NCBI RefSeq assembly: GCF_006345805.1
Contig: NC_043008.1
Coordinates: 49,662,001 to 49,726,000, forward strand
Direction: 5' to 3'
Length of the DNA stretch: 64,000 nt
From: Octopus sinensis
Lineage: Eukaryota
Shown: one piece after another, positions 1-13,199 of the stretch
Layout of the letters: the number at the start of each line of letters is the position of its first letter
How positions within the stretch are numbered: the first letter of the stretch is position 1
Translations under genes and position numbers: made by a program
Notes under the pieces: generated by a model
Database searches by the model: none
What the model was told of the DNA's origin: nothing
The model's input: the letters and a program-made list of their open reading frames with translations, nothing else

Positions 1-305
1 AAAACATTCGTGTGAGGTCGTTGCCAGTGCTGCCGGACTGGCTCCTGTGCAGGTGGCACATAAAAAACACCATTTGAGTGTGGCTGTTGCCAGTACCACC
101 CGACTGGCCCTTGTGCCGGCGGCACGTAAAAGCAACTACACTCTCAGCGTGGTTGGCATTAGGAAGGGCATCCAGCTGTAGAAACTCTGCCAGATCAGAT
201 TGGAGTCTGGTGCAGTCATCTGGTTCGCCAGTCCTCAGTCAAATCGTCCAACCCATGCTAGCATGGAAAGTGGATGTTAAATAATGATGATGATGATGAT
301 GATGA
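1..305 (+). mobile_element. RTE 3' UTR/tail fragment ending in (GAT)n; one of more than 12 short copies
   Basis: Shared tggttggcattaggaagggcatccagctg...catgctagcatggaaag.ggacgttaaa(cgat)n. Also at approximately 2135-2215(-), 2787-2938(+), 5120-5350(-), 6680-6900(+), 8000-8110(+), 8130-8600(-), 9245-9390(-), 10593-10950(-, two copies), 12205-12440(-) and 46731-46866(+). Confidence 0.85.
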
Positions 306-854
306 AGTTCCTGTTTCTTATTGTTGGCCATTTGTGGTGCTTCTGAATGCCTGATGCTCCAACAATTCTGCCACACCACCACCATGTTGTTTTTGATGAC
401 AACAACGGTCCCTTAGAATACGCTTCAAGGCAACAACAGCTTCTGATATATCTAAACTGATAGGTTTAGTCCACTCAGCTGGCAAAAATGAGGAATACCT
501 GTAATTCAATGGGCCAACCTGGTCAAACTCTGTGTCACGCAGAATCTCCCTGAGAACTACATTAAGGGTAGACATATCTATGGAGTATTCAGCCACTTGC
601 ATGGTAATTTCATGAGCAGGCTGTTCCATTGATCAGATCAACCGGAACCCTCATTGTCATAACGGACGGAGTACGAGTTAGAACCCACTTGGCAAAACAG
701 TATATTGTTGTTGTTGTTAATAATGAACAGATCTGTTTGGCTGAGATTGTTTGCAGTTAACAATTAAAATCAAAAGTTATTTTTTTCAGTTTTTCATAGA
801 AATTAAAAATGTAATTAAAAAAAAGAGGGGGAAAAACCCTGGTACCAAACTTAC

Positions 855-913
855 ATGCAGCCGTTTAAGAGTATCAGTCCAGGATTTATAGGCACCAAGA
901 CCAGCATTAAAAC
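855..913 (-). CDS. ZMYND15: ZMYND15-like exon (GFNAGLGAYKSWTDTLKRLH); gene continues beyond window start
   Basis: cttcttttgcag acceptor and CAT|gtaagt donor, 59 nt, phase 1 to 0. GFNAG is the MSS51-family C-terminal motif. Confidence 0.88.
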
Positions 914-937
914 CTGCAAAAGAAGAAATAAACAAAC

Positions 938-1130
938 TTAAACCCTTTCGTTAATGTATTTCTTTCAATTACTTTATTTGTAACAAAGAACTTAGTAAAA
1001 TAACTTAGTTCTCGTTAAGCTGGAGTTAGGAACATAAATTGTGACTAGGGTTTGGTGGAAGATTTTAATTCAAAACTTATGAAAACAAGACATTTGTACT
1101 AGTGAGTTGGGTTGGTATTGAAAGGGTTAA
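938..1130. mobile_element. piggyBac-like MITE (TTAA-CCC...GGG-TTAA); related copies at 1275-1439 and 4268-4495
   Basis: Termini ttaaccctt(t)cg/gttacc...ggtaacga.agggttaa; the internal sequence is shared between the 938 and 1275 copies. Confidence 0.7.
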
Positions 1131-2945
1131 ACACACCTCTACATTTGGGCAGATAGAGATTAGAAGCAGTTGGAAGGGTGTGGATTGAAGGACATTTAGG
1201 CTATTATTTCTAGCATATAGAGTGACCACTCTGAGGTCTCCTTCTCTTATGTCTTCTGTTGATTATTTTTCTTATTAACCCTTTTGTTACCATATTTCTT
1301 AATTATCATTAAGCTGGTGTTAGGAAGATAAATTGTGACTAAGGTTTGGTAGAAGATTTTAATTCAGAACTATTGAAAACAAGACATTTGTACACAGAGC
1401 CAGAGGCGGTTTCAGCCAGGTTGGTAACGAATGGGTTAAAGCTTCTTTTTACCTTTTGTTATTTACTTGTTTCAGTCATTAGTCTGTGGCCATGCTGGGG
1501 CACTGCCTTGAGGAATTTTAGTTGAACAATTTGGCCCTAGGACTTTATTTTTTTATAAGCTTGGTACTTATTCTATTGGTCTCTTTTGCTGAACTGCTAA
1601 GTTACATGGATGTAAACAAACTAACAATGGTTGTCAAGCAGTGATGGGGGACAAACACACACACACACAATAGGCTTCTTTCTGTTTCTGTTTACCAAAT
1701 CTACTCACAAGGTATTGGTTGACCCAAGGCTATAGTAAAAGACACTTGCCCAAGGTGCCACACAGTGGGTCTGAACCCAGAACCACGTCACTGGGAAGCA
1801 AACTTCTTACCACACAGCCATATTTTAATAGTAGTGGAAGTGGAATGGTAGAATTGTCAGAATGACAGATGAAATGCCAATGGTATTTAGTTGTGGATAT
1901 TTACGTTTTGAGTTCAAATTACATCAAGGTTGAATTTTACCTTTCTTCCTTCTGGTGTAGATGAATAAAGCCTAGTACAGGGGTTGGTTTAATTGACACT
2001 TCACCACACAGTGAATTTCCACCTTTACAGATTCTGTGTATATTAAATGATATTTATCTCTTACAGGTTACAGGACCCTTTTCTTGATCCAACCTATAAT
2101 GGCACAGTAAACTATATATATACATATATATATATCATCATCATTGTTTAACGTCTGTTTTCCATGCTGGCATGGGTTGGACGGTTTGACTGAGGTCTGG
2201 AGAGCCATCAGCTGCACCATTCTAGGGCGGGTAAAATTCCTGAGATCCAGGCTGCCCCTTAATAGTGAAGTTAGGATCTCTAACCCTAGTGCTGTCAAGT
2301 ACACTCTCTGTGGGTCTTTTTAATGGCTGTTAATACATTGCCGGTGCCACTCATTAGGGAGAACGATGTAGAGCGGGTCATGGGAAAGAGGAGGTAGGGG
2401 TCAGAGGTTAAATGCAGTGAGTGAGGAGCAAGGAAATGATGGGAAATATCAGTATGGCGATGGGGAAGGTGAAGGATAATCATAATTCACTATTTTGGGG
2501 ATAATTTTGCTCTGCTTTTTATGAAACCAATCTGGCATCCCCTTTGATTGCAGGAAACTTACATTTCAATTAATTAGTCACCATGTCAAAAATATGTTTT
2601 CATGTATAATAAATGATTGTTACTGTATATCAGTTAAAAAAAAAAAAATGGTCATAATAATTAAATTTATGGCAGCATTCAGGAGGGCAAATTTAGTCTC
2701 ACACACATTTCAGTCAGTTAAAGATATCTATCTGTCTGTCTGTCTCTCTGTATATTTGTACATTTATATATATATATATATATACTACACTCTCGGAGTG
2801 GTTGGCATTAGGAAGGGCATCCAGCTGTAGAAACTCTGCCAGATCAGATTGGAGTCTGGTTCGCCAGACCTCAGTCAAATCGTCCAACCCATGCTAGCAT
2901 GGAAAGCGGACGTTAAATGATGATGATGATGATGATGACACTCAC

Positions 2946-3111
2946 CGATTACAAAATGAGGAGTTTCTCCTGAGAAATTATGCCAATGTCCTCGATGCAG
3001 CTGAAACGACATGTTGTCTGCCAGCTTCTTCCAACCATTTGCTTTACGTGAGATTTTTTTACCATACAGGTGGATTTCCAGTAAATAGGAAGGCAGCAGG
3101 TATGTAAGTTC
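2946..3111 (-). CDS. ZMYND15: ZMYND15-like exon (ELTYLLPSYLLEIHLYG...WHNFSGETPHFVIG)
   Basis: ttcttttcag acceptor and G|gtgagt donor, 166 nt, phase 0 to 1. Matches recalled ELLVLLPHVALELQFVG...PKPDLVIG. Confidence 0.88.
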
Positions 3112-4504
3112 CTGAAAAGAAGAAACCAAAATCTAAATTAAGGAACTAAATTTTCAAATATTTGTTTATTTGAAATTCTGTTTTAATCTGTAAATTTTTG
3201 TCAAGACTACAATTCTTATCATTTCAGTGGTTCCCAATATTGGAACATGGCTATGCCGAGGGGATTCTATTAAGGGTTGCACTTAATTATATTGATGACA
3301 TCTTTGGCACTTATTTTATTGCTCCCTGTCAAATGGCTACAATTTTAGAATACAGGCATAAGGAGATATAAACTTGACAATTAATATCATTTATTTATCA
3401 CTTACTGGAAAATTACATTACTAATTCTACTGTCTGAAATTGTAATTTATAATGTCTAATATCATTTACATTAATGTCTCAATATTTGATTCATAATTCT
3501 ATTCTTGAGGCTATTTCTTGTTGCAAACATTGAATCAAAGGAACACACCTTGCTTTAATGGACAATAGTATAATAACCCAGCCTGCTAGCACTAAGTGAC
3601 TGATGAATTATCTTGTGGAAATTGAGTAATACAGTTAAAATAATAGAAACAAGTTTGTTCATTCATTTAACATGTTTTTTTTTTTATATTCTAGCATGAG
3701 TTAGATAAGGAAATATTTGAGGCAAGAATTTATGGTTGAATGCTCATCCAGTTCCCAGGTTAAGGGACATTTATTTTCCTAAGTTTTTTTGGAAGTGCAG
3801 AGTGAATAGTTACAATGTGAACATCAGTACTTCTTGCTCACATGATGACTACTGAAATGCTTGTGCACACAGACACACATGGCGATGGTCTTACTACCAC
3901 CAATGGAATTCACTCAAAAAGCATTGGCTGGCCAAGGGCAAAAGCAGAAGCTGCTAGCTCAAGGTGTTGTATAGAAGAATGGAACCCCAAACCAATTGCT
4001 TATCAAATAAATGTCTTAAATACACTGCAATTCCTGCACCAAATATCAAGTTGGCACACTAAGAATGAAACCCAGGCTGCTTGAAAAAATGGTGTGGATC
4101 CTGTTAAAGCATCTAATTTGATGTTAAAGGGAATGGCAGTCCCCTGCAGTGTAATCAGAAGAGCGGTCACCCAGCAAATGACAGATATGGAGTTCATATG
4201 CCATGAGGGAGACTGTTGTTGACTTCAGTCTCAAATCAGAATTTTAAAATGTCAAATATTAAAACAGTTAACCCTTCAGTATTTAAACCAGCCATTTCTG
4301 GCCCAATTATTCTTCCTGTTTTATGCTCAAACTGGTCATAGCAAGCCTCTCACACCTGCCCTACAATGTCATTCTAAAAATAAACAGTTACTTCACTGAA
4401 ATCTGAAAGCTGCACGATAATGCATAAGTAATTCAAAACAATGTGAATAAATAAGCGTTAGATTTGACGGAGTAATCTGAATGCTAAAGGGTTAAGTCGC
4501 TTAC

Positions 4505-4593
4505 CTTAAAATAATGAAACATATCAGCTTCTTTCTCAGCGCCAATCACATGAACCACCAATTGTTTGGGAAGTTCTATGCCAAAATTTGGAT
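4505..4593 (-). CDS. ZMYND15: ZMYND15-like exon (YPNFGIELPKQLVVHVIGAEKEADMFHYFK)
   Basis: ctgtag acceptor and AAG|gtaagc donor, 89 nt, phase 1 to 0. HVIGAEKE matches the family motif HVVEAGKE. Confidence 0.88.
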
Positions 4594-5601
4594 CTACAGT
4601 TTGGAAAGAAAGGGAATATTTACTCCTAAATAACAAGGTTATGCTATCATGAATAGTTATAACAACACAAGAACTAAAATATGAAAACATCATAAATATC
4701 CTTTCTATTATAGGCACAAGGCCTGAAATTTGCGGGGAGAGGCTAAGTTGATTACATCGACCCCAGTGCGTAACTGGTACTTATTTAATCAAACCTGAAA
4801 GGATGAAAGGTAAAGTCGACCTCAGCAGAATTTGAACTTGGAATCTAGCGGCAGACAACATCATAAATATGACATAACAAAGACAGGATGTTGGTATTGA
4901 CAGAAATAGCAACACAACAAAGATATGAGATTAACAAAGACTTAGTAATATCATAAATGTGACACAAGAAATATAGGACATCTTCATTTACAATAATAAC
5001 ACCTCAATAAATGCTGGTGGATGAGGGGACATTAGAAAGACAAACTATTAAAACAAGAAGAGGTTTTATTTAGGAGCCAGTCTGGGAATAAAGGCAGGAA
5101 AACCAACAAGGCCTAACAACATCATCATCATCATCGTTTAACGTCTGTTTTCCATGCTGGCATGGATTGGACGGATCAACTAGGGTCTGGGAAACCAGGA
5201 GGATGCACCAGGTTCCTATCTGATCTGGCAATAGTTCTACAGCTTGATGTCCTTCCTAACGCCAACCACTTCAAGAGTGTAGTGGGCGTTTTTTACGTGC
5301 CACCAGCACAGGGGCCAGTCAAGGCAGCGCTGGCATCAGCCACGTTCGGGTTAGCTACTTTGAGAGAAGTGGATGGTGAGTCGTTTAGATTCTGAGTTCA
5401 AATTCTGCCACAGGCAACTTTATCTTTTATCCTTCAGGGGCTGACAAAGTACAAAATGAAGTACATATAAAGTACTAAGCAACTTACTTCCCTTCCTGGA
5501 AAATTGCTGGCCTTATGCCAAAATGAAAAGAAACCATTATGTAAACAAACAAAATCACACACACAATAAAATTGAAACCAAAAAAAATCTCTGTTCCTTA
5601 C

Positions 5602-5832
5602 AATGTAGTTGAAGACATGAAGTTATGATGTAAAAAAGGGTCAAAGGGTAGGTGAGGAGGATAGCAATGGGGCTGTCGAGGCTAAATGAACGCCATTTGT
5701 AGTAGGAAAACCAGTTGGCAATGTCCCCTATCTCTGTTTGCTGTGCGTGTTGTAGCTGTTTCAATCCTGATGGACATCCAAGTTCTCGTTCTTCGACCAA
5801 AACAAATGGAAAATCAACTTCTGTAAGTTCAC
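5602..5832 (-). CDS. ZMYND15: ZMYND15-like exon (..NWFSYYKWRSFSLDSPIAILLTYPLTLFYII..)
   Basis: attacag acceptor and T|gtaagg donor, 231 nt, phase 1 to 1. Near-identical to the recalled ZMYND15/MSS51 motif SWQDYYTWRGLSLDSPIAVLLTYPLTVYYVI. Confidence 0.92.
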
Positions 5833-6111
5833 CTGTAATCAATAACAATACAAATTAAGTTCACCTATAATTAATATATACATAAGAGTAAGGCGGGGAG
5901 CTGGTAGAAACGTTAGCATGCCAGGCGAAATGCTTAGCGGTATTTCATCTGTCTTTATGTTCTGGGTTTAAATTCCACAGAGGTCAACTTTGCCTTTCAT
6001 CCTTTCAGAGCTGATAAATTAAGTACCAGTTGCGTACTGCAGTTGATCTAATCAACTAGACCCTTCCTCCAAAAATTAGGGCCTTGTGCCTAGAGTAGAA
6101 AAGAACATATA

Positions 6112-6271
6112 CATAGGAGTGGCTGTGTGGTAAGAATCTTGCTTTCCAACCATATGATTCCAGGTTCAGTCCCACTGTATGGCACCTTGAGCAAGTGTCT
6201 TCTACCATAGTCTCGGGCTGATCAAGGCCTTGTAAGTGGATTTGGTAGATGAAAACTGAAAGAAGCCTGTC

Positions 6272-6310
<39 letters not shown>

Positions 6311-6520
6311 TGTGTGTGTATTTGTGTGTCTGCGTTTGTCCACCCACCTTTGCTTGACAACCGATGGTGGTGTGTTTACGTCCCCATAACTTAGCGGTTC
6401 GGTAAAAGAGACCAATAGAATAAGTAGTAGGCTCACAAAGAATAAGTCTTGGGGGTTGATTTGCTCGACTAAAGGTGGTGCTCCAGCATGGCCACAGTCG
6501 GGTGGCTGAAACAAGTAAAA
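6112..6520 (+). mobile_element. SINE family A copy
   Basis: Colinear with 13945-14345. Confidence 0.85.
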
Positions 6521-7075
6521 GACTACCTCAGAGAGGGGACAACAAGGAACTGAGACTCCTGTGGTGTGCTTTGCTTGAGAAGAGACATGAAGTTAAGTGA
6601 AGTTGTGGTTGTCTTTGCATTTAGGCATGTCTCCTGCACTCCTCTCCAGCTGAGCTATCTTAATCTTGCAGGCCTGTGGGTGCTGGGTGCCACATAAAAG
6701 ACATCTGTGCTGGTGCCACATAGAGGCACTCATGGTGGTGCTGGGTAAAAGAGCACCCAATACACTCTGTAAAGTGGTTGGTGTTAGGAAGGGCATCCAG
6801 CTGCAGAAACCATGCCAAAACAGACATGGAAGCTGGGCAGCTCCTGTCAAACTGTCCACCTCATGCCAGCATGGAAAACAGACATTAAATGATGATGACA
6901 CACACACATGTATACATAAACATACATACACACACATGTACATACACATATGTATATACATACACACACATATATACATACACACACACACACATACATA
7001 CACACGGCCCCTCTAAAAAAAAAATGAATAAATATATCTGATATTCATCTCATAATGATACAGCTTTACACTCAC

Positions 7076-7198
7076 CATATTCCCAAACTGAGAACTGCTT
7101 TGAAGGACATTCATAGCGCCAAACACCAATATTGTAAACTCCATGAAGAACCAGAAATTCTTGATATTTTTTGGGTGTGAAATCTTGAGATGTAGTCT
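7076..7198 (-). CDS. ZMYND15: ZMYND15-like exon (ETTSQDFTPKKYQEFLVLHGVYNIGVWRYECPSKQFSVWEY)
   Basis: tctttctttag acceptor and ATG|gtgagt donor, 123 nt, phase 1 to 1, open frame. Resembles recalled EVTSETFNKEAFLASRG. Confidence 0.85.
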
Positions 7199-7424
7199 CT
7201 AAAGAAAGATAATTGTTAATAATTTCAATTTGTACAAGAAATTAATACTGATTTCGAATTTTGGCACAAGGCCAGCAATTTAGGGGGCGGGCGGTTAAGT
7301 CAACTAATTCAACCCCAATGTATAACTAGCATTTATTTCATCAACCCCGAAAAGATGAAAGCAAAGTTGGCCCCGCTGGAATTTGATTGCAAATAGTAAA
7401 ACAAGAAATTTATATTTTTTTTTA

Positions 7425-7780
7425 ATTTGTTTCAGTCATTTGACTGTGGCCATGCTGGAGCACCACCTTTAGTCAAGCAAATCGATCCCAGCACTTATTC
7501 TGTCGGTCGCTTTTGCTGAACTGCTAAGCTACAGGGACGTAAACATACTAGTATCAGTTGTCAAACGATGTTGGGGGGTGGGACAAACTGACACACAAAC
7601 ATATACATATATACAATGGGCTTCTTTCAGTTTCTGTCTACCAAATTCACTCACAGGGCTTTGGTCGACCCGAGGATATAGTAGAAGACACTTGCCCAAG
7701 GCGCCACACAGTGGGACTGAATGCAGATCCATGTGGTTTGTAAGCAAGTTACTTACCACACAGCCACTCCTGCGCCTATA
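7425..7780 (-). mobile_element. SINE family A copy
   Basis: Reverse complement is colinear with 13945-14345. Confidence 0.85.
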
Positions 7781-8366
7781 TTAACATGAAAAATAAATAT
7801 CTTTTCAGTAAATGAATGATAGTGAAAAGGGAGGAGGTGAGGTAGAGGGATGAGCGATGACTAATTCAATATTCTGATACAGAACTAATTTAACTGGAGA
7901 AAGGATCTTGGGTTGTCATGGCAGCAAAATAAAATTATATGTGCGAAATACCTGTTTTTGCAGTAGAAGGATATAAGAATTATTAGATGGAAGACCTGTT
8001 GAGGCAAGACTGGGCCTGGTGCAGCCTCCTGGCTTCCCAGACCCCGGTCGAACCATCCAACCCATGCTAGCATGGAAAGCAGACGTTAAACGATGATGAT
8101 GATGATGATGGCAGCAATTACCACCACCATTTAATGCCCTCTGTTCCATGCTGACATAAATTGGACAAGAACAGACAAGCCAGTAGACCAAAAATGAGTT
8201 CCAGTACCTGTGTCAACTCCTTTACAAAGTGTACTGCGTGCTTTTTTGGTGGCACCAGCACTGGTGAGGTCACCAAGTACCAGCAAGACAGGACAACTAC
8301 CCCACTCCAAGTGAGCGGAGTATTGTGTTGGGGGGATATGAAAGTATGAAGTGGAGGTGAATACGT

Positions 8367-8417
<51 letters not shown>

Positions 8418-8780
8418 GGATGCCCTTCCTAATACCAACCACTCAGAGTGCAGTTGGTGTTTTTTACATGCCAGTCAGGCGACACTAGCATCAACCACAC
8501 TCGAATGGTGCTTTTCACGTGCCACCAGCATGGGTGCCAGTCAGGTGGCACTGGCATCAGCCATGACTACAATTTCATTAGATTCAAATGAAGCATGCTG
8601 CCCAAACAGACAAGAAACACCAAAGTGACTCTCACAACATGATCTTTCAGTACCACATTATATCACTCAACCTTTCTGCTTCTATCTTACTTTTACCTTT
8701 ATTCATAAATCTTATAAATAATCTACCCCATAGCATTAATACTAATGAATAAAGTAAGAAATAAATATATAAAAAGCCAC

Positions 8781-8950
8781 CTTTATTATAATTAAATGGA
8801 AGATCAGCCAAAGTGTCTGTGACTTCTTGGTAAGTCTGCATTTTGAGGCACCATTCTTGATGAGAACTTTTGGGATCTCCTGGCACTAGACCATTCAAGT
8901 CTATCAACTGGCACTTCTCACTACAATATCTCACAGACTTGCATTGATTG
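8781..8950 (-). CDS. ZMYND15: ZMYND15-like exon, second half of MYND finger (CNQCKSVRYCSEKCQ...HQEWC...LADLPFNYNK)
   Basis: ttttgtag acceptor and AAG|gtggct donor, 170 nt, phase 2 to 1. Shows MYND C-x2-C-x5-C-x3-C...H-x3-C and LADLPFNY matching recalled ZMYND15 LATLPFTY. Confidence 0.9.
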
Positions 8951-11198
8951 CTACAAAAAAAAACAAACAAGGAAATAACAATGACAATAATAATCTTTTG
9001 TATTATAGGCACAAGGCCTGAAATTGGGGGAGGCGGGGAAGGGGGGGCTAGTTGATTACATCGACCCCCAGTACTTGACTGATGCTTATTTTATCAACTT
9101 CCCACAAGAGTCCATGCTGTTGGAGAAGGAATGTAATTAATTTTGGTATAACACATCAAAGCTAGATCAATTGTGACAATAATTAACGAATGCTATCTAC
9201 TCTGAGAGTGGAAAATTAAGAATATCACCAAGTTATAATTCCATCATGACCATCATCATTTAACATCCGTTTTCTATGCTGGCATGGATGGTCTGGCAGG
9301 AGCTGGTAAGCCAGAGGACTCTGCCAAGCTCCAATGTCTGTTTTGGCATGGTTTCTGCAGCTGGATGCTCTTCCTAATGCCAACCACTTCACAGAAAGAT
9401 AGACGAAATGATGATTAGTATTTTGCTTAGCATGCTAATGATTCTACCAGTTTCAAAGTTAATTAAAACAAAGACAGCGTATTTTAACAGAAATATGGTA
9501 ACGAAAGGGTTAAAACGAACCATTGCCAATTCAAAGCAAGATCAATAATTTCAAAATGAGACTTGGCTACTTCATAGTGAGAACAGCATTTTCATAGTGA
9601 GATCAACTCAAAAGATATTTATATAATAGAAAATATAACATTAAAACATCATTTACTCATAGATTTTGTGAAAATCCAACCTCGTCTTCGTTTATCTTCA
9701 AGGAGGTGACAGGCTGATATTTTTTTTTACGAGGTAGAAATTGACACAGACTATCAACATTCATATTACATCTATCACCTTTGAGTAAGACTGTTCATTT
9801 TCCTGAATTTATAAAGTCTAAAATTATTCTATCTGTAGTCTTCAGATTAATGACTATGGATTGAGCAAGGTCCTTGAAATTTGATCAGGGAGCATAACAA
9901 TCTAAGAATCGACGGCAAATACTGTTTAAACATGACATCTTCGTTGCACAGAAAAATTAGTTATACAGGGGAAATAACTCTGTAATTACTTCGTTGGTAG
10001 TTTCACTGCGAATCATTGACAAAAGAAAACCGGTTTTTCGTTTCTGTTCAGGGTTTAAAGTGAATTTTTCGACTTACAAAGTCTTCCAGGTTGCATGTGC
10101 CGTTGGTGAAAGTACAAGATTCTTGCCTAATTAAATCAAATTTCTTTTAAATGATAATCGGTTACTTTCAAGTGACATATGCTGTTCATTTAAGACTGTT
10201 TTTACTTTATAGAATAAACAAGATCATTATTGCTTTTGGACTAATTCTTTTGTTGTTGACGCTATTTTCCAGATCTCCAGCCATTTAACCCTTCCAATAT
10301 ATTGTTTGCCTTTTTCTCTCGAGAAGAGTAACACACGGGATTTTAGTTCCAAGACTCTAAACTCTGTGCTCCCTACAAAAAGACCACTTTATAGATGTGC
10401 ATGTTTTGCTTGCCACCACTCCAGCCTCTGGCTGTCGCCTCACTCTACTGTTACTACTTTGGCCACTGCTTCTGTAGAGCCACCCAAGTCTACTATCTCA
10501 TTAGTCTCTCATCACTGACATTGTGTCTTATCACCAGGACCTGCAGACATTATGTGCACAGCCCTCAATTTATAAATTTAGTAGCATAATTTGTCATCAT
10601 CGTTTTACATCTGTCTTCCATGCTGGCATGGGTTGGACGGTTTGACAGGAGCTTGCCGGGCAGAAGACTGCACCAGGCATTTGTGTCTGTTTTGGTAGCT
10701 GGATGTCCTTCCTAATGCCAAAAACCCAGCAGAGTGGACAGAGTGCTTTTACGATATCATCATCATTGTTTAATGTCCACCTTCCATGCTGGCATGAATT
10801 GGGCAGTCTGACAGGAGCTGGCCATGCAGAAGACTTCCCCAAGCTACTGTGTCTGTTTTGGCAGGGTTTTTACAGTTGGATGTCCTTCCTAACATCAAGC
10901 ACCCCAAAGAGTGAACTGAGTGCTTTTTATGTGGCACCAGCACTAATTACAATGATATACTGGTATATAGCTTATTATTAGGTAATTATACTACTTGAAT
11001 AACAGATACGACATGACAATATAAGCCTAATTAGTTTCTGTTAGGATTTATTTGTATTTGCACTGTTTTGCTTTTTTCCTTAAATCATTTTTAATTGAGG
11101 AAATCGTTCAGTGGCACAGTGGGCAATTACCCATAAGTAGCAGAAATATAGGAGCAATTATTAGGAGATAGCTTGCCCTAGAAGCTCAAGAGACTTAC

Positions 11199-11351
11199 CA
11201 AGTCTGGAAGTAATCTGGTGTTGCTCTGATATGACAAGTACTGCACTGATAGAACAAGGGAGTCTGAGAACGAGCTGGAACAACGACGTCACTGCCATAG
11301 AATATCGGAAGACAAATCTCATCCAGTTTGCTGTGTCCTGATTTCAAACGT
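11199..11351 (-). CDS. ZMYND15: ZMYND15-like exon, first half of MYND finger (..YQCSTCHIRATPDYFQTC)
   Basis: ctcattgcag acceptor and TG|gtaagt donor, 153 nt, phase 2 to 2. The split TG|C codon supplies the third MYND Cys. Confidence 0.85.
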
Positions 11352-11929
11352 CTGCAATGAGAAACACAAAGAATATGGATGAAATAGAATTTTCATTCGA
11401 CACACCAACCTGGCATCAGCTTTCACAACTAATTATATTCTAAAACCACAAAATGCAATACAACTGAAACAGAATTACAGCTTCATGCATTCCAATATTG
11501 GGGGTTTTATACATGAAGTACAAACTAGGCACAAATGTAGTCTGTGCAGTTAGAAGCTTGCTTCCCAACAACATGGTTCCAGGTTCAGTCCCACTGCATG
11601 GCACCTTGGGCAAGTGTCTTCTATTATAGCCTCGAGCCAACCAAAGCCTTGTGAGTGGATTTGGTAGATGGAAACTAAATGAAGCCCTTTGTATATATGC
11701 ATATCTATGTATGTATATCTTTGTGTCTGTGTTAGTCCCTAACCATTGCTTGACAACCAGTGTTGGTGTGTTTACATCCCTATTGTATTAGCAAAAGAAA
11801 CCAATACAATAAGTACTCCATTTAAAGAAAAAAGAATTGGGGTTGATTCCTTTGATTAAAAAGAAATTCAAGGTGGTGCCCCAGCATGGCCACATTCTAA
11901 TGACTGAAACAAGTAAATGATAAAAGATC

Positions 11930-11966
<37 letters not shown>

Positions 11967-12499
11967 AAATCTTTTATCTTTTGTACTTGTTTCAGTCATT
12001 TGACAGCAGCCATGCTGGAGCATCACCTTTAGTCAAACGAATCGACCCCAAAACTTATTCTTTGTAAGCCTAGTACTTATTCTATTGGTTTCTTTTGCTA
12101 AACCTATAAGATACAGGGATGTAAACACACCAACATCGATTGTCAAGCAATGGTGGCAGAGACAAAAACAGAAACACAAATACATATATATGTATGATGA
12201 TGATCATCATCATTTAACGTCCGTTGTCCATGCTGGCATGGGTTGGATGGTTTGACTGGGCTGGCACGTTGGAAGGCTGCATCATGAAAAAGTCTGATTT
12301 GGTATGGTTTTCTACAGCTGGATGCCCTTCCTAATATAAACCACTCCAAGAATATAATGGCTGCTTTTACATGCCACTGGCACGAATGCCATTTGCGTGA
12401 CACTGGTATCTGCCATGTCTGCGATTTTGCTCAGCTTCATGGGTTCTCCTATGACAAACGAACAACATTCACACCAACAGAAAAAAAAAAAAGACTTAC

Positions 12500-12698
12500 T
12501 GGAAGAGGTCAGCTGAGTTGCAAGTCAAACAACGAGGTTTGCGGGATTTTCCTTTGAGAGGGTGCAGCATGGCTTCACTTAGAAGGTAAAAGATAGAAGA
12601 AAATTCTAGAGAAAGCATTGACTCAAAAACAGCACTTGTCAACTGTAAACCTCTTTCATCTTGGATGGAAAGAATTAGAGCAGTTTCTTCTTCTGAAT
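12500..12698 (-). CDS. ZMYND15: ZMYND15-like exon (DSEEETALILSIQDERG...AMLHPLKGKSRKPRCLTCNSADLFQ)
   Basis: tctttcag acceptor and CA|gtaagt donor, 199 nt, phase 1 to 2. Resembles recalled ZMYND15 LLLVTDEHG...SMACPMGSGDPRKPRQLTV. Confidence 0.8.
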
Positions 12699-13090
12699 CT
12701 GAAAGATATGGAAGCACATATAATATTATATAACATCATACAGGGTGTCCCAAAAGTCACTGACGGGTTTCAATTTTTTATAACTTCCTTAACTCTACAA
12801 ATATAAGCATGAAATTTTGATACACTTCTTTATGCAGCTGCATCACATGACCATACCAGCACAGTCTTCTCTCATGCACACTACATCTGATGTCTCATAT
12901 GTGTGTGTGTTTGTGTGTGTAGTAACAGTTATGTAATCATGTGTGTGTGTGTGTGTAATGTATAGTAACAGTTATGTAATCAGGTAACTTCAAAATGTTA
13001 CACTGCTCTAATTAAAAGTATTTAAAGGCTGAACTTATTGTATTAGAAGCCATTTTGAGATAGAAACAAAAAATACCCCAAACCCCTCAC

Positions 13091-13199
13091 CTTCAAGAAT
13101 AGTTTTCTCAGCATGTAGAATCCAAAGAATATCTTGAATTGGCAACTGAGAAATATTTGATTCTGATACTGAAGTCATAATCTCGTCTTCATATTCCAT
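13091..13199 (-). CDS. ZMYND15: ZMYND15-like MYND zinc-finger protein, first identified coding exon (MEYEDEIM...LPIQDILWILHAEKTILE); exon acceptor at 13209
   Basis: tatctccag acceptor at 13210-13211, ATG at 13199, AAG|gtgagg phase-1 donor at 13090. LPIQDILWILH resembles the recalled vertebrate ZMYND15 LPQDPALWVLH. The true start may lie further upstream. Confidence 0.65.

Noticed and set aside
318-629. 103-aa minus-strand ORF as the next ZMYND15 exon
   Set aside because: Its 5' half is an interspersed repeat (matches 26800-26960), and no frame gives the expected family motif (..PAFFT..) in phase 0.
3842-4197. Overlapping 80-aa (+) and 64-aa (-) ORFs in unique-looking intronic DNA
   Set aside because: No recognisable motif or convincing splice sites; frames are interrupted by stops.
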